Below, piece after piece: positions 61,181-64,000 of a stretch of 64,000 bases of DNA. The first letter of the stretch is position 1, and every line of letters starts with the position of its first letter. The stretch is from Fistulifera solaris (taxonomy: Eukaryota). Position numbers and translations under genes: made by a program. Where the stretch lies: assembly GCA_030295235.1 (NCBI GenBank), contig AP026125.1, positions 1,736,001 through 1,800,000 on the forward strand. Reading direction: 5' to 3'. The notes beneath the pieces are model-generated. The model saw only the letters and a list, made by a program, of their open reading frames with translations. It did no database searches and was not told the origin of the DNA.

Positions 61181-64000
61181 ATCTTCTCTTAGTATATATA
61201 ACTAAAAGAAGTAGACAAAGGATAATTTAACACGGTGGTGGGCCGTGATGGGAAAGTGCACCGGGCGTGCACCTGGCCCGGTGCACACCAGGTGCACACC
61301 GGGTCGATCGCCTAGTTTTTTTCATAGTTACAGTACAATCAATGTCGTAGGACATTTTGTCACATACCAAGCCTCTTTTCGAACGTCAGAAAAAGCTCGC
61401 TACCGACCACTTTTTTGGTTTTTTTCCCTCGCAATCTCACAATGGACGATCGAAAATGATCAAACTAGCGTATTAATTGTTAAATAAGAAGCAAAACAAT
61501 GCGTGTCTCTACTAATGTCGACAATTCGGACAATACTGCCGCTACTTTCCGTCCCAGAAAGCTCGGACATACGGTCAACATTAGCGTGAACGGCCGAGGG
61601 AAGAGGCCGAGGCTATCTCGGAAATCCACAAATTGCATATCAAATATAGTCTCAATACTTCCAAGCAGAAGCCGATCACTCGCACAGCAATGCGCAGAAC
61701 CGACAGTAATGATGAAACAATCAAAGACTACAAGCGAATGTGGCGCGAGTTGTATCATTTCTCTATTAAAATTAAGGACTACCGTCGGCAGCTATCATGA
61801 GTGACACGTATCGCGCATTCAATCCGCTTCCGGCGCAACCCGAAACTATTTGTCTGTACTGGAAATGGAAGATTACAGCCAAAGCTAAGCACGTTTTGGA
61901 TCCTCTCGGTAATCAGGTCATGTGGCAGAAAATTTACGGACCGAATGAGCCGATGGTGCCGATGATGGAAGCAGGAAAGTGGAGCAGTCCTACTTGCCTT
62001 GAGAAGTCGATGGCGGCCTTCAAACTTGTTCATAGCGAGCATGATTTTCTGAACGGGCCATACCAGGGTCATTGCGAGCATTGTGCCGGAACTGAACACA
62101 AAGAAAGATGAACGCTGGCGAGGAAATTCCGATCGATTTTTCGCGAGGGCTTTCGAAACCTTTGTGCGTCGCCGATCATCTCAACAACGCACTTTTGAAG
62201 CCTCGAGGCAACCCGCTTGAATATATTGACGTGAAGAAAGAATATGACTGCTTGCATTTGACTTTGTTGAAAAATCACGAGAAGAAAGGGAATTTTCAAT
62301 TGACGCCCGAAACAAATCCGGATGATGCGTGCGTCAGCTTCTGAACTCGAGGAAAGGAGGCCCGATTGGATCGATGAAGAATCAGCAGCTCTACGTCATG
62401 ATCCTCCCTCGGCATTAAGTTGTTTCTGCGCTGGCAGGGAGGTCTGTAATATCATGTTGCTGGACTTTCCGAAAGACCACTTCGCTGTATCGACCGAGCC
62501 TGGCGAAGAATCCGTTCTGTTTCTGACTCTCCAAGTCATGGGGAAAGATAGCAATCAGTACACGATACTCCCGTGATTTATCGCTGACGATGACCATCCG
62601 GAATTTTGTCCTGTTCGACATTTGTTGGCGACATCTACGCTGCTGGCATTGGAGGAATGCGTAAAGGATACTTGTTTCCGGAATGGAAAGAGCTCTCCGG
62701 TCATATGCAAGCGCTTCAAAGATAAAAGCCAGTTGAGACGATCATTCGAAGAGCCAGTAAAGTACGACGACTTTCTTAAGAGACTCAAGGTGCGTTTCAA
62801 AATTCAAATTCAAATCGTTGTACTGAAAGTGGCTGTTGTTTACTCCGCACTCACCGTTTTTTCGGTTGTTCTATAATACAGAACTGTATTAAGACCTCTT
62901 TGGGGCCAGAGTACGATCCTAAACACATGACTGTTGGAACGCATTCACTTAGAAAGACTGGTTTTCTCTTTGCCATTTTCGGCATTCAGAGCCGTTACCT
63001 TGAGAGGGCGTGCGTTCTTTTGAAAGTACGCCGAAAAATCAGCCAATCGAAGACGTCGCCTTGTTGAAGTCCGCGCCATCACGCTAAAAACGGACACCTC
63101 CGTTTACCATCAAGACGCTCTTACGCTTTTTTGCCGATTATCGTCGTCAACCGCATCTCCAGCGACTTGAACAGGGTATCGGGATGGGAGTCTATTTGGG
63201 TCGCCAATGTCGATCATCGCAAAAACAACGACGACACAACATCCACGGACATGAACATCATTGACGTGGCAAATTTCTTCGTCAAGAAAGAACTCGGCAT
63301 CACTATCAGCCACACGACGTTCGGACGGAATTCTCGTTGCGGTAAGGAAGCAAAGGGGAAGCAACTGAGTGCGGAGGAGGAGTTCAATCAGCTTTTCGGC
63401 GATTTGAGTGTCACTGTCAAGCAGAACATCTGGATGTTCGCCAATAAGAAAAAAATTGTGTACCTGCGCTTGCATGCCCATGAAGATATGGAAATAGGTA
63501 CGAAAATTCGTGATCGCTCTCTCTTACGGAACCCTTCATCATTAACTCGATCTTTGTTCACTGCAGACAACAATGATAACGGCGAAAGCAACGGACGGAG
63601 ATGACGGTGACAATGCCAAGAAGCCGGAAGTTGGACAGCGGCAATAAAAAAGTCAAGTCGCTACAAGCAAGGCAGTATGGAACTGTGAGTTACGCCTCTC
63701 AGAGGGATGAGCTTTCTCAAGCTGTCGCTCGCCAGAAGCAAGCTGTCAAAAATCAATCAGGAATCTTAGAATGTCGCAAAGCTGTTTTTGATCTCGTCAA
63801 GAAATTTGCCAAGCTCGAGAATCCCACTGGAAGTAACAATCCAGATGCAGTTGATGGGCCATCTCATACTTGGGTGAATAAAATGCGAGATTCAGCAAAA
63901 AAGTATGCCAAGTGTATCGAAACTTGCTGGATGGACAAGGGTGGAATCGACGGCTTCATGGCTCTGCCGGTGGCTCTTGCTAGCTCGGAATACAAGTGCA
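61181..64000 (+). mobile_element. Crypton-like element, copy 2 (head-to-tail, truncated by window end)
   Basis: Near-identical to 58041-60845; differences are mostly 1-4 nt indels. Confidence 0.82.
61499..64000 (+). CDS. Tyrosine recombinase, second copy (frameshifted; runs off window)
   Basis: Same motifs as copy 1 (HSLRK at 62942); intron 62790-62881. Confidence 0.8.

Noticed and set aside
58041..64000. LTR/DIRS retrotransposon, or prophage/bacterial contamination
   Set aside because: The repeat covers the whole coding unit, no RT/gag or phage genes are seen, and the YR gene has a spliceosomal intron.

Overview
Gene-dense eukaryotic DNA with short GT-AG introns and many bipartite signal/plastid presequences. 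It is most consistent with a pennate diatom (inference; no database search was possible). Many otherwise well-conserved genes break frame at homopolymer runs, which points to residual long-read indel errors rather than true pseudogenes. About 28 host protein-coding genes are recognisable, including TBCC, Sec8, a PILS-like carrier, an FBP1-like iron/siderophore-binding protein, BUD31, a silaffin-like KxxK protein, MATE, MetY, NDUFB10, a papain protease, bZIP, Tic20, an ABC-class ATPase, PWP1 and FBPase. Two accessory systems stand out. (1) From 58041 there is a head-to-tail tandem of a 3,140-bp unit encoding an intron-containing tyrosine recombinase (Crypton-like). Each unit starts exactly at a lox/FRT-like 11-7-11 inverted repeat. 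(2) A family of structured tandem repeats built on a TCCAGAAA(A/T)T core lies at about 2.8-5.4 kb, 46.3-47.5 kb and 52.6-52.9 kb, each bordered by TACGGAGTA/TACTCCGTA.
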